Origin: Cyanophora paradoxa CCMP329
Lineage: Eukaryota > Plantae > Glaucophyta
NCBI GenBank assembly: GCA_004431415.1
Contig: QPMI01000424.1
Location: 15,654-79,653 of the forward strand
Length of the DNA: 64,000 nucleotides
Direction of reading: 5' to 3'
The position numbers and the translations under genes were made by a program. A model generated the notes under the pieces. That model made no database searches. It saw only the letters and a list, made by a program, of their open reading frames with translations, and was not told where the DNA came from. Of this stretch, positions 40,020 through 52,467 are shown piece by piece (position 1 is the stretch's first letter; each line of letters begins with the position of its first letter).

Positions 40020-43000
40020 TTAAGGTCGCATTGGGAGAAGCTCGTATGTTCTGCCCTCTCGTTGTGCAATTTCCGCCATAAAGTCTGCATTTTCATTCAT
40101 TATTGATTCAGCCATTCGTTCTGCTCGTGATTTTTTGGGTGCTGCCCTACTTGCTGGTGGTTGATCAGTTCTCACAACACTAAGACCATGCCCCTCGGCT
40201 GACCTCACCTCTAACCCCACATCTCCTTCGGCTGTTTGGGTCACATTAAGCTCTGGTGTTGAGTATTTATTACCTGCTCCTGCAATGGTTCTGTCTATGC
40301 AAGCACAACATAGAGCTCGGAATTTGTATGCAAGCACAAGTCCAAGAGCACCGAGAATCGGCAAGAGAATGAGAAGCACTAACGTTCCTGGATCCATTCC
40401 TGGCGATCCGACTGGATTTGTAGGATTTGAGGGATTATTAGGTGTCGTGTTCGGATCTGGATCAGTTGTAGGGGGATCTTTTGAATCGGGATCTGGGTTA
40501 GGCTGGTTCGGATTGGGATCGTTTGGTGGCGGCTCTGTCGACCCTGCTAATGATGTCGGCGCTGTGTATGCATTCGCAAATACGATAGGAGCCGTCGCTG
40601 GATTTCCTGTTGAAGACCCTGTAATTGCACCATAGGTATCTGACAGATATTTATATAATTCCTTTGTCACAGGCGGATTGCTCACAGATCGACACACCCA
40701 AATATTGCATGTGGTATCATAGACTGTGTCCCTGATAAAGGGCGGTAGAGCTGTCCCACTAAATGACTCAAAGAGTCCATTTCTCGATAGCAACCTATGG
40801 GCTGCATCACAGTTCCCACCCTCAAAGTACTTTGAAGCTGAAATTGCACCTTGAACATAAATATTGCATGTCGAGTGCATTCCAATGTTATTTAGGTTAG
40901 GAGTGTATCTGTCGTCGAGCCGGACAGAGCATACCCATGGGGAAGCGGTTTTAATATATTTCTTATCGCCCACTTCGATTACATCTGTATTTGGGTGGCT
41001 GTCAAGCTGAGTCCAAACAGCATCATATCTGAAAGTGTAATAAACTAAGAGACCATCTGTGGACGATGTGAAAGCAAAGAAGGTCATAAAGTCCGTGGAT
41101 CCAAAGAAGTCAGCATTGGTCGATGTTAGGGTGACTCTGGGATAGCTCATGTTGACAGTCTCAGAAGGATATGGAATATATGAGGTGTAATTACGATTGA
41201 AAAGATAATAGTGAAATCCATCTGAGACATTCGAGTGAGTGGGCAAGGTGACTGTTAAGGTCTTACTGCGATTCTCAAACGTGTTCTGTATGACAATATT
41301 GCAAGTATTAATATATCGAGAATCGAAAAAGTAATTATTTGTAACTCGATTATCGATCAGAGTCGCATTGGTTCCATTAAATACGAAATTCTGCCCATTT
41401 ATTCTCGTAGTATGAATGTCGGTAACATCGAGAGGATACCTTATTTTCAAGCGATCTTCGGGGTTGAATCGTGGAATAGTTCCTGTTGCCTTCCAACTGA
41501 TAGTAAAGGGAGGAGAAAGGGACACAGGTGGGATTGGAGTAAGATTAAACTTCGCAAAATACAATCCAACAGGATATCCTGACAGAGCATAGGTCACTGT
41601 TGCATTTCCGACAAGTGTAAAGCCGGTTGTTGTTATATTTGTGGCGACAAATGGAGAGTAACCAAGGGGCGCATTGTTGAGAGAGGTAGATGATCCATTA
41701 TTGATCACATACAAATTCGTGTCTGTTATTTCAATAGTAGGAGGGGAAACAAAAGGTGTCTCAAATGTGAAATTAAAATTCGCTGGAACCCCTGCAAGGT
41801 ATCTATATGTTGATGCTGATATCTCGGATGCCTGGAATACTTTGCTTCCCCTCTGCACTACATTACTTGTGTCTTTCACATTGTGGTAGGATATACTGGG
41901 AGTCGGGGAGAGCACCAACGAAATAGCATCTGGTAAATCAGACTTTGTAATATACAGCTCTTTAAGATACTCCTTTTTGAAAGGGGCGGTCAGATCTCCA
42001 ATAGTAGCCAATGACCCTGCGACCACAATATTACAGGTGTTTGCATTCAAAGTATAAACTGTGTTCCACCTCAAAGAATTCGCCCCAAGATCGAAATTCT
42101 GTGAGAAGGGAACGATATTGCTACCTTGTAAATCTCGGTAAACCTTCACTCTGGGTTTGCTATCGAATTCAGGGGTGATATAATTGATGTTAAGAGTGAA
42201 ACTAATAGTAGCTTCGGAACTCAATGAGTTGTTTCGGATGATAAGTAAATTGTATGTCTCGTTAATGACAAACGAAACCTGAAACCCTGTGGAGGTGACA
42301 TTTTGGATAAATGCTTTATTAGATTCATTATTGTTATAGATAGGATTATAATAAGTAGTGTGATCCACCAATGAAACAGTGGGTATACTCTCCAAATCTG
42401 TGACACCCAACTGATCCCAAGTGAATGTATATGTAGGTTTGCCTACATAAGCGACATAGACCCCATTTGCGAGCTGCTGAGGGTATCCCTCGACAGTGTA
42501 GGTCTCAGTTCGCGAAACTGAGCGGGAAAGGTTGCTATTAAAGTCGTTGTAGCTGATCAGAGCTCTCTCATCAGTGGGTATTTGATTGGGTCGGAGTGAG
42601 TGATTTAATGGAAGGATTAAATTGGAGGCAAACATGGAAACTCCATGCATCTCTGACCATCTCAGATTCGATAAACCAACTCGGTATGTGTTATCAGTCG
42701 CGGGGTAAATGTTCCTTTTCGATAGAATATGGGCTAAGGTAATTGCAAGCGCTCCATCTGCTGCAAAGAGAGCATTAATTTCGGATTGCAAAGCGGCTAT
42801 TTCGGTTGTGTGGGTCGTGAGGGTTCCATCCTGACTGGAATCTTTGGTGTTCTTGCTCCTTTCAAACTCCAAAAACGCCTTTACAATGTCCTTGCCCAAA
42901 AGATCGTTTATATTGTCTCTGGTAATGTGAACATGATCTGTTCTCAGTGCCTGCTTCTCTGTGGTAAATGCCGGAATTTCCTCTGCAAATGATATAGTCG

Positions 43001-43739
43001 TTTTATCAAGTGCTAAGGATCTCACATTCGGAGCATTGGCGCCAATTATATCCACAACGTTCCCATTTTCGACAATTTCTAAGGTCGGTTTCGCGGGGTC
43101 TAATGTGAAAACGCTCTCTGTGATTTCGGGAACCGAGTCGCTCTTCTGAATAATAAAAGAATCAAGGGTAAGATTGCATGTAGCGACATTAGTGGCGAAA
43201 AACGACTCGGAGTTAAGCGAGTTTACGTTTAGGGTATCCGTAGTGATGTTACTTGCTGTAATATTGCTCGTCGTTAGATTACCTGCTGAGAGATCATGGA
43301 CGACCTCTACCTTTGTTTTTCGTGTGGATACTCCGGCTATAAGCGTGCTATTATCCACGATTCTCATAGCTGCATTTTGGAAACCGCTCTCATCTTGAAT
43401 GAAGAAGTTTAAGCGACCTCTATCGAAAGCTTTTGGGATGTTCCTACGATTATATCGCACCGTTTTGGGTAACTGACGAGTCGCCTGGATGCTGGCAACT
43501 CTGTTTCGCTCGTTATCATCAAGTAAAAAGTCGATTCCAAGTTTATGATCCCCCTTCTCGACGTTCATTAACTGCAAAGCTGCGGGTCTGCTCGGTGTTC
43601 CACTGACTGGATCTTCGCGGTCTGCATTGTAATTTATTCTGATAGACCCACGAATTTCGGTGTTTACCTGGTCAGTGTCCTCTATCTGCGTGGTCGAATT
43701 AATTACTCGTGCATCGGGTCTCGGATTCAGGAACGACAT
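40020..43739 (-). CDS. Large fibre/spike-like protein (intact, about 1239 aa)
   Basis: Uninterrupted homologue of 18612-22318. Start placed at MSFLNP. Confidence 0.85.
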   Translation of the reverse strand: MSFLNPRPDARVINSTTQIEDTDQVNTEIRGSIRINYNADREDPVSGTPSRPAALQLMNVEKGDHKLGIDFLLDDNERNRVASIQATRQLPKTVRYNRRNIPKAFDRGRLNFFIQDESGFQNAAMRIVDNSTLIAGVSTRKTKVEVVHDLSAGNLTTSNITASNITTDTLNVNSLNSESFFATNVATCNLTLDSFIIQKSDSVPEITESVFTLDPAKPTLEIVENGNVVDIIGANAPNVRSLALDKTTISFAEEIPAFTTEKQALRTDHVHITRDNINDLLGKDIVKAFLEFERSKNTKDSSQDGTLTTHTTEIAALQSEINALFAADGALAITLAHILSKRNIYPATDNTYRVGLSNLRWSEMHGVSMFASNLILPLNHSLRPNQIPTDERALISYNDFNSNLSRSVSRTETYTVEGYPQQLANGVYVAYVGKPTYTFTWDQLGVTDLESIPTVSLVDHTTYYNPIYNNNESNKAFIQNVTSTGFQVSFVINETYNLLIIRNNSLSSEATISFTLNINYITPEFDSKPRVKVYRDLQGSNIVPFSQNFDLGANSLRWNTVYTLNANTCNIVVAGSLATIGDLTAPFKKEYLKELYITKSDLPDAISLVLSPTPSISYHNVKDTSNVVQRGSKVFQASEISASTYRYLAGVPANFNFTFETPFVSPPTIEITDTNLYVINNGSSTSLNNAPLGYSPFVATNITTTGFTLVGNATVTYALSGYPVGLYFAKFNLTPIPPVSLSPPFTISWKATGTIPRFNPEDRLKIRYPLDVTDIHTTRINGQNFVFNGTNATLIDNRVTNNYFFDSRYINTCNIVIQNTFENRSKTLTVTLPTHSNVSDGFHYYLFNRNYTSYIPYPSETVNMSYPRVTLTSTNADFFGSTDFMTFFAFTSSTDGLLVYYTFRYDAVWTQLDSHPNTDVIEVGDKKYIKTASPWVCSVRLDDRYTPNLNNIGMHSTCNIYVQGAISASKYFEGGNCDAAHRLLSRNGLFESFSGTALPPFIRDTVYDTTCNIWVCRSVSNPPVTKELYKYLSDTYGAITGSSTGNPATAPIVFANAYTAPTSLAGSTEPPPNDPNPNQPNPDPDSKDPPTTDPDPNTTPNNPSNPTNPVGSPGMDPGTLVLLILLPILGALGLVLAYKFRALCCACIDRTIAGAGNKYSTPELNVTQTAEGDVGLEVRSAEGHGLSVVRTDQPPASRAAPKKSRAERMAESIMNENADFMAEIAQREGRTYELLPMRP

Positions 43740-43782
43740 CCTCTTTATAAACAAAGAAGATATATAAGAAGTATATAAGATA

Positions 43783-45276
43783 ATGAAGACCGTTCTCGCT
43801 TTGAGTGGAGGGGGGTCGCGCGGAATAATCGAGGCTGCTATACTGGCACAGATTGAAGCACAAACAGGTAAACGAATCCAACAGCTATTCGACTGCTTTG
43901 CGGGAACATCCACAGGTGGATTAATCGCGCTCCTATTGAATATCAAGGGAACCGATGGCGCCCCTAAATATACTGCTACTGATATTCTGGCGCTCTACAA
44001 AGCGAAGCTACCGCTGATTTTCGCAAATCCACGAGTGCTTACATCGATTGTACAGCGCCCAAAGTACGAAGCAACTAACTTAGAAGCGGTGGCTCTCGAA
44101 CTCTGCGGCTCAGCGACCATGGCGGATCTCTATAAACCCACCATCGTGACTGCGTTCGACACGGTCTTAATGTCCCCCGTTTTTATTTCAAGCAACGATG
44201 AAGATATTAATGGGATGCTTGTGCGCGATGCTGCAAGGGCTACCTCGGCTGCTCCGACCTATTTCGAGCCGAAACAAGTCACAGTCGCCGGGAGAACATA
44301 TTGTTTAATCGATGGTTGCATGAGCGGAAATAATTCGCCCGGGATCTGTGGCTACACGTTCGCCCGCACTTTATTCGGAAACTCATGCGAGGAGGAGCTT
44401 ATCGTGGTTTCGATTACGGCGGGTCACGTCCAAGACTCTGATAAGGCGACAGCTGGATATTCGTACGACACTATGAAAAATTGGGGGATCGTGCAATGGA
44501 TGCTAAGCGCGACAGGATCGCCAATTCTCAGCATGTTCTTAGAGTCGAGCGATCTAAACGCCCACGTAAAGCTGCTGGAACTTTTACCCAGAAACGATGA
44601 TCAGAATTACGATCGCTACTATAAGCTGAGCGTTCCTTTACCGAAAGATAAAATGACCCTCGATACTATCACAACGAGTCACCTGCAATATTTGGAAACG
44701 GAAGCGCTCGCCTTTGTTTCCGCACAGCAAACGTATTTTAATGCGATGTATTCAGTGCTGACCATGAATATCTCAGAGGGCGATGTTCCCATAATTAATC
44801 TGTCCGGGTGCACAGATGTAAGCGCACCCCCGGAGTCTAACTGGGTGCCGCTCGATAATAGCGCCTTTATTGCGGAATTCGGCACAGCCTCCAATGCCCG
44901 CTGGTCGAATGCCACGGGGTGGGTGGGATTTACAAACCCGCCGCAAGGTAGTAGGTCGGGAGGCAATTATTTACGCATCGATTTCCCGCGTCTGTTTATG
45001 CTTTCCTCTATAAAAATGAAGCCGGCTGCGAATGGAAACTATATTAAAACGTTTGAGATCGATTAACAGCTTACTCCCGGAGTTTCTGCGCTTGTTACAT
45101 ACACAGAAGCCGGCGCGACGAGAGTGTTTACCAATGCGAATCAAATAGCCGGAAGTGCGGATCCCGACGAACATTTCTTAGCGAACCCGAGATCTGTGAG
45201 AACCCTCGTAATCTGGGTGCTCACGACGAATATTGCTTCGGCATGCCGAATAGATTTCGAGGGCTACTATGTGTGA
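43783..45276 (+). pseudogene. Patatin-discoidin lipase with a premature stop at 45064-45066
   Basis: TAA where Element 1 has TAC. The reading frame continues to TGA at 45276. Confidence 0.8.
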
Positions 45277-45311
45277 CTTCCTTCGGTCGTTGCGCGCTGA
45301 CGAGACAGCGC

Positions 45312-46157
45312 TTAGTCGGTGATCACTTCGAGCTGGAACGAGAATGAGAGACCGTTTATATCCGCAACAGAGCCCCGCCATTTTCGAAGCGAAATTGTGA
45401 GGCGATCTAAATCGAGTTGCGATGTGACATTTACGAAAGGGATGCTTGCGCTCGGTTCGTGGTAAAAGGAATATCTACCAAAGTCCGAATTCATCTGAAT
45501 TCGCAATAGATAGGAGTCGTCGACATTGTTTTGTCTACCTGTAACCGCTGCGAATTTGGTAAACGGGCGGAGCTCTTCGATATCAAGGTAAATATATGGA
45601 ATCGCATTAAAGTCGACCATTTTCGGGCATATAATCGCGTAGCGACTGGGGTAATCTCTGAGTGGAACCGTCACTGGTTCTGTTGTGCTGGCGTAAACCA
45701 CTCCGGGTTCTATGCCGAGACAATCACAGAGCTCCTGGTCTGAGGACTCTAATGTAAACGGGCTGTTTGGAGACGAGAACACGAAGCGGTTAGTAGATAG
45801 AGCGAGAGAATAGGAAACCGGGAAGAGACCGAGTGGATTAAAAGAACCGCCTGAAAAACCGAGTAAAGCATCCCTGTTTAAAGCTCTCTCTTTCGGATAT
45901 CGTTCGTTATCAGCATCGACGTAATAATAGTCGTTTACGCTGGGAATCGGTGCTATCATTTTGGATGCGGGAATTACTGTGGGCTCTTCGTTCAGAAGCG
46001 TTATAGTTATTGTCTGATCGGGCGGAACAACATAAGAGCTATTAGGAATCTCAGCTGATAGCACACGAAATCGTCGTACATTATTAAGGCGCGTTTTCAA
46101 GTGCAGCACGCCGTTTTCAAGGTCTCTACTGTCGCAATTTATTGTTATTCTTTTCAT
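45312..46157 (-). CDS. Penton 2 (Element 2)
   Basis: Near-identical to 16223-17068. Confidence 0.8.
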   Translation of the reverse strand: MKRITINCDSRDLENGVLHLKTRLNNVRRFRVLSAEIPNSSYVVPPDQTITITLLNEEPTVIPASKMIAPIPSVNDYYYVDADNERYPKERALNRDALLGFSGGSFNPLGLFPVSYSLALSTNRFVFSSPNSPFTLESSDQELCDCLGIEPGVVYASTTEPVTVPLRDYPSRYAIICPKMVDFNAIPYIYLDIEELRPFTKFAAVTGRQNNVDDSYLLRIQMNSDFGRYSFYHEPSASIPFVNVTSQLDLDRLTISLRKWRGSVADINGLSFSFQLEVITD

Positions 46158-46173
46158 AATCTATTATAGTAAG

Positions 46174-47100
46174 ATGAAAGAATACCTGAGCTTTTCGAGC
46201 GATGATCGCGACGAGGAGTTCACACAGCCAAACAAGTATGTAGTGACATTACCCCGTCGCTATGACAACGTAAAATCGGTGCGCCTGGTGCAGGCAACGG
46301 TTCCAAATGTTCTATCGACCGTGACAAACGATATAGACGCCACTGGTGCAACCATTGAGCGCATGGAACTCTATTTCTCGGTCACAGCTTCGGATTCCGG
46401 ATTCGTGACCATCACAATCCCCAAAGGATTTTACACCAAAGACGACCTTGCCGCAAAAGTCACAGAAAAGCTCGAAGCAGCTCGCCTTTCAGATTTCGGT
46501 GGAAAATATATTAAATGCCGCTATAATACTACTTCAAAGATCTATGAGTTTTTCAGTGATAGTAATTTCTGGTTCAAGTTCTCTCAGGCTTCCGAAGCCA
46601 CACTCAGAAAATCCAGTAATCGCAAAGCAATCGCTAAGAAACTCGCAATATTCGGTTTCAAAGATATTCAGCTATATGTTTACGAGACATTTACCCCTCT
46701 TGCAAGCGATACATTCCTTGTATTCAATCCTGGATCGGGGACTGTGACACTTAATCGACGCATTCGCGGCTATACTCGTGGAGATGAGACCCCGGCTGCA
46801 ATGATCTGGCTATATATTGACGAATTCGCGCCGTTTATTCGCTCAGTCAACAAGCACGTCGACGGTTATTTCATGCGCATTCCAATCCCACAGGAACTCG
46901 AACATGGTGATATCTACCACTTCGACACGTCCACTACTGTGCCTCTCGTTCGCGAATTCCGCGAATTAAAATCTTTCGACCGCCTCACGATTAAACTCAT
47001 CGACCATGATGGCGCTCTCTTAGATTTCGGGGTTTGGGCGCATTATTTCACTTTTGAAATCGAAACCTACGACGCACCGCCCGAAATGAATTTCTACTAA
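46174..47100 (+). CDS. Penton 1 (Element 2)
   Basis: Near-identical to 15280-16206. Confidence 0.8.
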   Translation: MKEYLSFSSDDRDEEFTQPNKYVVTLPRRYDNVKSVRLVQATVPNVLSTVTNDIDATGATIERMELYFSVTASDSGFVTITIPKGFYTKDDLAAKVTEKLEAARLSDFGGKYIKCRYNTTSKIYEFFSDSNFWFKFSQASEATLRKSSNRKAIAKKLAIFGFKDIQLYVYETFTPLASDTFLVFNPGSGTVTLNRRIRGYTRGDETPAAMIWLYIDEFAPFIRSVNKHVDGYFMRIPIPQELEHGDIYHFDTSTTVPLVREFRELKSFDRLTIKLIDHDGALLDFGVWAHYFTFEIETYDAPPEMNFY

Positions 47101-47147
47101 GCCCTTTAAATTATTTTCTGATCCCAAAGATAAGAGAAGAAACGCTC

Positions 47148-48460
47148 ATGGAGACTAACAGCCAATTCCAGCGCCCAACGCTGAAATCTATGCTCACCAC
47201 CGATGACTACAAGGATTATTTCCTAAACAAGTCGCTGGTCATTGGAACGTCCTCTGGCACTAAGCCACTTCGAGTTCTGGTCGCCCCCGACACTGAGCCA
47301 CCCAGCGCTCTCGGCAACCGAGTTGTCTTCAAAATCCCCCGCTACCATTTCCTGAATGGTCTCGCGCTGCAACTCGATCTTAACCCGATCACCCTCACTG
47401 ATCTCACGAATGGTGTCGCTGGAACTACTGGCTACCTTCGCGTTATTGGATCGCTAATTGAGCGCATCGAAATCTCTCACGCTTCATTCCGCTACGTTGT
47501 CCAGAGGATTTCGTCACCCAGTATTTTCTACTGATGACCGAACAGGGCGAACTCGATAAGAAACTTCGCTATGTGGGTGGTCTTGTCGGAACCGCTGGTA
47601 ACACTGTCGGTGGAACCTACGAAATCGATTTACCCTCTCCTTTCGAGAAGGCGATGTTCCCACTTTGCGCTCTGAACTCTGAGATCGTGGTCGAAATCGA
47701 ATTCAAGGCGATTGGTGATGGTATCATTGAGGATGTAAACAATGTTGGCAATATTTCGGTCGTAAACAGTGGTGCTTCCCTTCAAGTGCTGAAACCCCGC
47801 ATTATCTGCAAGGTCGTAAATGCCGATGAGGCGGTTGTATCTGAGACCATTGCCCGTGTAAAATCGACTGGTATCGCGATCCCCTACAACGAAATCGGTT
47901 TCCTCCACACAGATTTCCAGCCGACCGCCTCCGGTTCGCGAGTCAATCTCTCGCAACTCACAGGTGCGGGTCTCATCCACACTCTCGTATTCTCTGTGCG
48001 CCAAAACGCGAAGACGAAGGTGAACAACGGAACTCTCTCGGTTCTGGCTCCTCGTGCACTCCGAACCAACGCTGTAAGCTTCTATGTGGAACTCAACAAT
48101 AACCGCCTCTACTCGAATACTTCGCTTCCTCTCATGATTGCCGCGACCGAACTTCAAGATAAATATAATTCGGCGATTTTCACCGAGAGCACAAGCTACC
48201 CGGCTCTCTCTGGCATTTACTTCGGTGCTGGAAACGGAAAGGCGTCGCTTCTCAACCAAGAGAACACGGGCTACATCGATGCCACAGGCACATCGGCGTT
48301 CGATCTGGTCTTCGAATTCAATGGTGTCACAGCCGGTGGAGTCGGTAATGAGGAGTGGTATGCGGGCTCCGCTTTCCAGAAGATGCAAATTCAGTGCATT
48401 GCGCTCGCTCATAACATAATGATAATTGGCGCCGACGGAATCAGGCGTGTGAGTAGCTAA
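47148..48460 (+). CDS. Major capsid protein (Element 2; one frameshift near 47500)
   Basis: Near-identical to the Element 1 MCP. GTCCAG here versus GTCCCAG there. Confidence 0.85.
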
Positions 48461-48588
48461 GGAATTCGTGCGATTACCACATTCAGTCTTATTTTTACAA
48501 CATTTTCATCGTTTTGGAAATTCCCAGTAAGAGATACCCACAAAAAGCATTTAAAGACAAGACAACAATCAGTATATTAAGAAACAAG

Positions 48589-49531
48589 ATGACTCCCGCT
48601 CTGACTCACGATCAATTCGTAGCTCGGTCTCAGGAAAGATTCCCAGGTAAATTTGCATATGAGAAGGCGAAGTATAAAACATACTGCTTCGACAAGGTCA
48701 CTTTGATTTGTCTGACATGTAACACAGAATTCGAATGTCTGCCTTCAAACCATTTGAAAAAGGTGGATATGGAGGTGTCCCGAATGTTGCAAGGTCATGC
48801 TTCACAATGATAGAGTCACTCCAAAGACTTGTTTTTGGAGCGAGCTCGATCAGTGCATGGAGACCAATACGATTATGACTTGACGAATTACAGAAACTGT
48901 CGATCTAAGATTTCTATTCACTGCAAACAGTGCGGACACGACTTTGAGAAGACTGTGTGTAAGGTTGTGCGAAGCGAAGGATGCCCGAAGTGTAGTTTCA
49001 AAGCGAAATGCAAGAAAAGAAGTAAGCCACTCGATATATTTTTGAGCGAAGTCAGTGAAGTTCATGGAGATCTTTATGACTATTCAGCAACAGAATACAC
49101 AAACAAACGCACACCAGTTACCATTAAATGCAAGAAATGTAGCTCAAAGTTTTCATGCCTACCACAGAATCATCTACGGGGACTGGTTGCCCCCGCTGCA
49201 AATTTTCGAAAGGAGAAATCGCCGTTGAACAAGTCTTGAAGTCTTTGGAGCTTACATTTAAACAACAGCACCGTTTTGCAAACTGCAAAATAAAAACACG
49301 CTTCCTTTCGACTTTTACATTCCTTCATTGAAGATTGCAATTGAGTATGACGGGCGCTTACATTATGAGCCGGTCGATTACTTTGGGGGTCAGGAGAGAT
49401 TAGATACGATTCGGCTTCATGATGGCATAAAGAACCGCTACTGCGAAGCTAACAACATTAAGCTCCTCCGCATACCATACACTGAAACTGATATTAAAGG
49501 TTGCATTGAGCGCTTCCTCTCATCGCTCTAA
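48589..49531 (+). CDS. Zinc-ribbon-repeat plus PD-(D/E)xK/Vsr-like endonuclease (homing-endonuclease-like; frameshifted)
   Basis: Three (H)G..(Y/F).Y...Y......+.+.C..C...F repeats, then LPFDFYIP..KIAIEYDG..H..D..KN.YC..N.IKLLRIPY. Absent from Element 1. Confidence 0.8.
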
Positions 49532-49575
49532 TTACCACACTCAGTCTTATTTTCTATTGTTTTTATAGTGAAAGA

Positions 49576-50440
49576 ATGCAAAAAGGGACGACGCCCATGG
49601 ATCTCGAAGAATGGAACCCGAAACAAAGGGTGAAACTTCCCGCACGATTTCTCCTATTGGCGAAAACCAATTGTGGTAAATCGGTATTCTTAAAGTGGCT
49701 GATCAAAGAACTCGAAGACCAGATCTCGTATGTTCTGGTTTTCTGTCCTACGAGTTTTAACGGTTTCTGGGTCAAATAACAGACGAAGTGCATGATACCT
49801 GGAAACCGGAATATGTAGAGTCGATCATAGAAGCCCGCAAAAAGCCATCATCGCGGGTAAGAAACCAAAGAATATTCTCATCGTACTCGACGATTGTTTG
49901 GAGTCCGGAACTATCGATCTTTCGCGCGATCATTTGCTAAATAAATTGATGGCGCAAGGTCGTCATACGTTTTGTTCCGTGGCTTTAATATCGCAGAAAC
50001 TAACAAAACTTTCAACGATCATTCGCAGCAATGCGGAGTATATCATATTCCTAAGCTGGTCAAACATGCGAGAGTTTGAAGCATATCACGAGGAATTCGG
50101 GAACATGGATAAGGAGAGTTTCAAGCGCATGTTCCAAGAATTCTGTCATAGCTACCAAGCGATCATTCACGATAATACCGGGTATTCTGTGCGATGGTGG
50201 GTCGAAAAAGCCGATATGATCGATGACCACCCGTTTACTAAATTCCACAAGCGGGCGGCTTTTGAAGAAAAGAAGCGCAAACAGCAAGAGGAGCAAGCTA
50301 CAAAACCGCCGCCTGTCAAAGATTCGACAACTGTCTGTAAAACTTTATCCAAATTTGAACGTGAGCTTGAAGGTATCCCCAAACTTTCCCAAATTTCGCC
50401 TAAGAAAAAGAAAATGTTAATCAAATGTAAGAGAAGATAA
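49576..50440 (+). CDS. Packaging ATPase (Element 2; frameshifted)
   Basis: Near-identical to 12994-13860. Confidence 0.85.
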
Positions 50441-50442
50441 TC

Positions 50443-51118
50443 ATGGTCTACCGAAAGAAGCCTCAAACCCTACAAGCGGTCGCTTCTGGTAATCCTAATC
50501 GCGGACTTGAAGAGTCTGGATTAACGTCGGTGGCGTCTCGAATGCCCGAATATCTTGTAGACACTTCGCCAGAAGAGTCGCCAAGCAAGAGGCAATTATT
50601 GCGGGTGCCACCGCGGACAAGGGCAACCAAGATAGCGGTAACGCCAAATGGAGGATTTAGCTACTGTAAAACCACAGATTGGAGGCGGCTCTGTTGATGA
50701 AGCAACCGACAAAGTACTCAAAGCGCAAGTTGTTGCAAGCCAGCACAAGACACAAGACGTCCCGAAAGCCGCCGAAACCGAGCTTAAAAAGCGCGATCCT
50801 ATCAAAAACACACTGTTCCAGTCGACGTTGTCATGAGCTTCGAAGAGAAAGTGCGAGATCTTGAAATGAAAGTGTCAAACTACGAGAAATGGATGCAAGA
50901 TTATAACGAACGCAAGAAATTAAAGGGGCTCGTAAAGAAAGAGATCTCGAAACTCGGATTAAGCAAAAGTCGACGTAGAGGAGATTAAAAAGGAGGAAAA
51001 GACAGATGCGCAAGCCGTGACTCGTCAGCAATCGGTCGCCCCGCAATATGCTCACATAGTGCCGACTGCACCAGCGAATTTCGCGGCAATGCTCGGTGGT
51101 AAACGCCATATTCGTTAA
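50443..51118 (+). CDS. Coiled-coil hypothetical protein (frameshifted)
   Basis: Homologue of 12308-12991. Confidence 0.7.
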
Positions 51119-51350
51119 TGGCTGTGAATATCCGCAAGGCAAAGCTGAATCCGCCCGTATTTAGAGCGGGTCTTAAGCGGCACGCAAGCTTGCCTCGCGC
51201 AAGCGCTATGAATGCCCTTGCAAAACGGCATGTCGGCTCCATAAACAGCATTATAAGGTCGACCAACTCGTAGGGGAACACACGAGCAAGTAAAGCCCTC
51301 ATTCCCTTTTATTTTCTCCGATATTTAATACGTTGCCCATTTGTAGGTCG

Positions 51351-51763
51351 ATGAATTTCATCACACAATGCATCGAAATGTTTCATTTGCATTTACAAGC
51401 ACGTGCCACAACTCTTGCTGCGACACAACCGTAGAGGTTGATATTACAGATGAAGACCATGGAGGTAGGCGCCTTTCTGTATATTCTAACCACAGCGACA
51501 ATCACAACCACACACGATCTCGATCGCCCTCGCCTGTGCGCACGGCTATGAGTTCCAATATCGAGACCTCTCAGATAGAGGATGTGCATGTAGAGCATAT
51601 TAGAAGGCGATCATGTCCTGAATTTGTGGAAGGGCATTTGCGCGCTGATTCACCTTATCCGATGTATAGATTGGATCAAATGGCATTAGGCGACGATGAC
51701 AGCTTAACAAACCCTTATGTATATCCTCAGCAACAAGAAAGAACCGTCTGGAACGGTTATTGA
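51351..51763 (+). CDS. Hypothetical protein (frameshifted near the start)
   Basis: Homologue of 11690-12103. Confidence 0.65.
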
Positions 51764-51887
51764 GCGGTGAATTTCGGTGGCGCTTGTATCGATCCGAGGG
51801 CAAAAATTGAAGGTTTCGGTAAAAGGTATATAAGGGCAAGGGAAATAATACAGAGTGACAAAAAACTATTTTCTCCGGTTATAGTAA

Positions 51888-52299
51888 ATGGCGAAACCCA
51901 AGATCTCGAACCAAGAGGCAATGGCGGCACAGCAGGAAAAGCGCAGACCCGGGAGACCGAAAAAGGTGATCACAGAAGAGGAGAAAGCCGAGAGATTACG
52001 ACTAAAACGCGAGAAAGATGCAGAGCGGCAGCGAAACAAGCATCAGAGACAAAAGCAAGAGCGATTAGCCGCAGGGGAAGCGACCGTATTTACCCCGGAG
52101 CAGCTACAAAAGATCGCAATTCGTAAACAGCAGCGATACCAAGACGATGAAGAGTATCGGGAGAAAATCAGGGAAAAGGCACGGGAATACCAACGCAGAA
52201 AAAGAGCGAACGAAAGCTGAATCCGCCGGTGAAGCCCCAGCCGCAAAAGCCCGCTGGGAGACCCCGAAAGCATGTCGTCGAGAACGCGAAAATTCGTAG
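51888..52299 (+). CDS. AT-hook basic protein (frameshifted)
   Basis: Homologue of 11152-11565. Confidence 0.7.
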
Positions 52300-52467
52300 C
52301 GGAAAGTATCCGTACGACGCAAAAAATGATTAATTTTTTACCTCCCTTTTTATTCCCGTATCCGTCGAAAAAGCATTTAAGGAATTAACAACAAGGGTAT
52401 GAAAAGGAGGATTTGGTAGATTGCGCCGAAATTATTTTCTCCGGTTATTTTAAAAGAACTAATAGAG

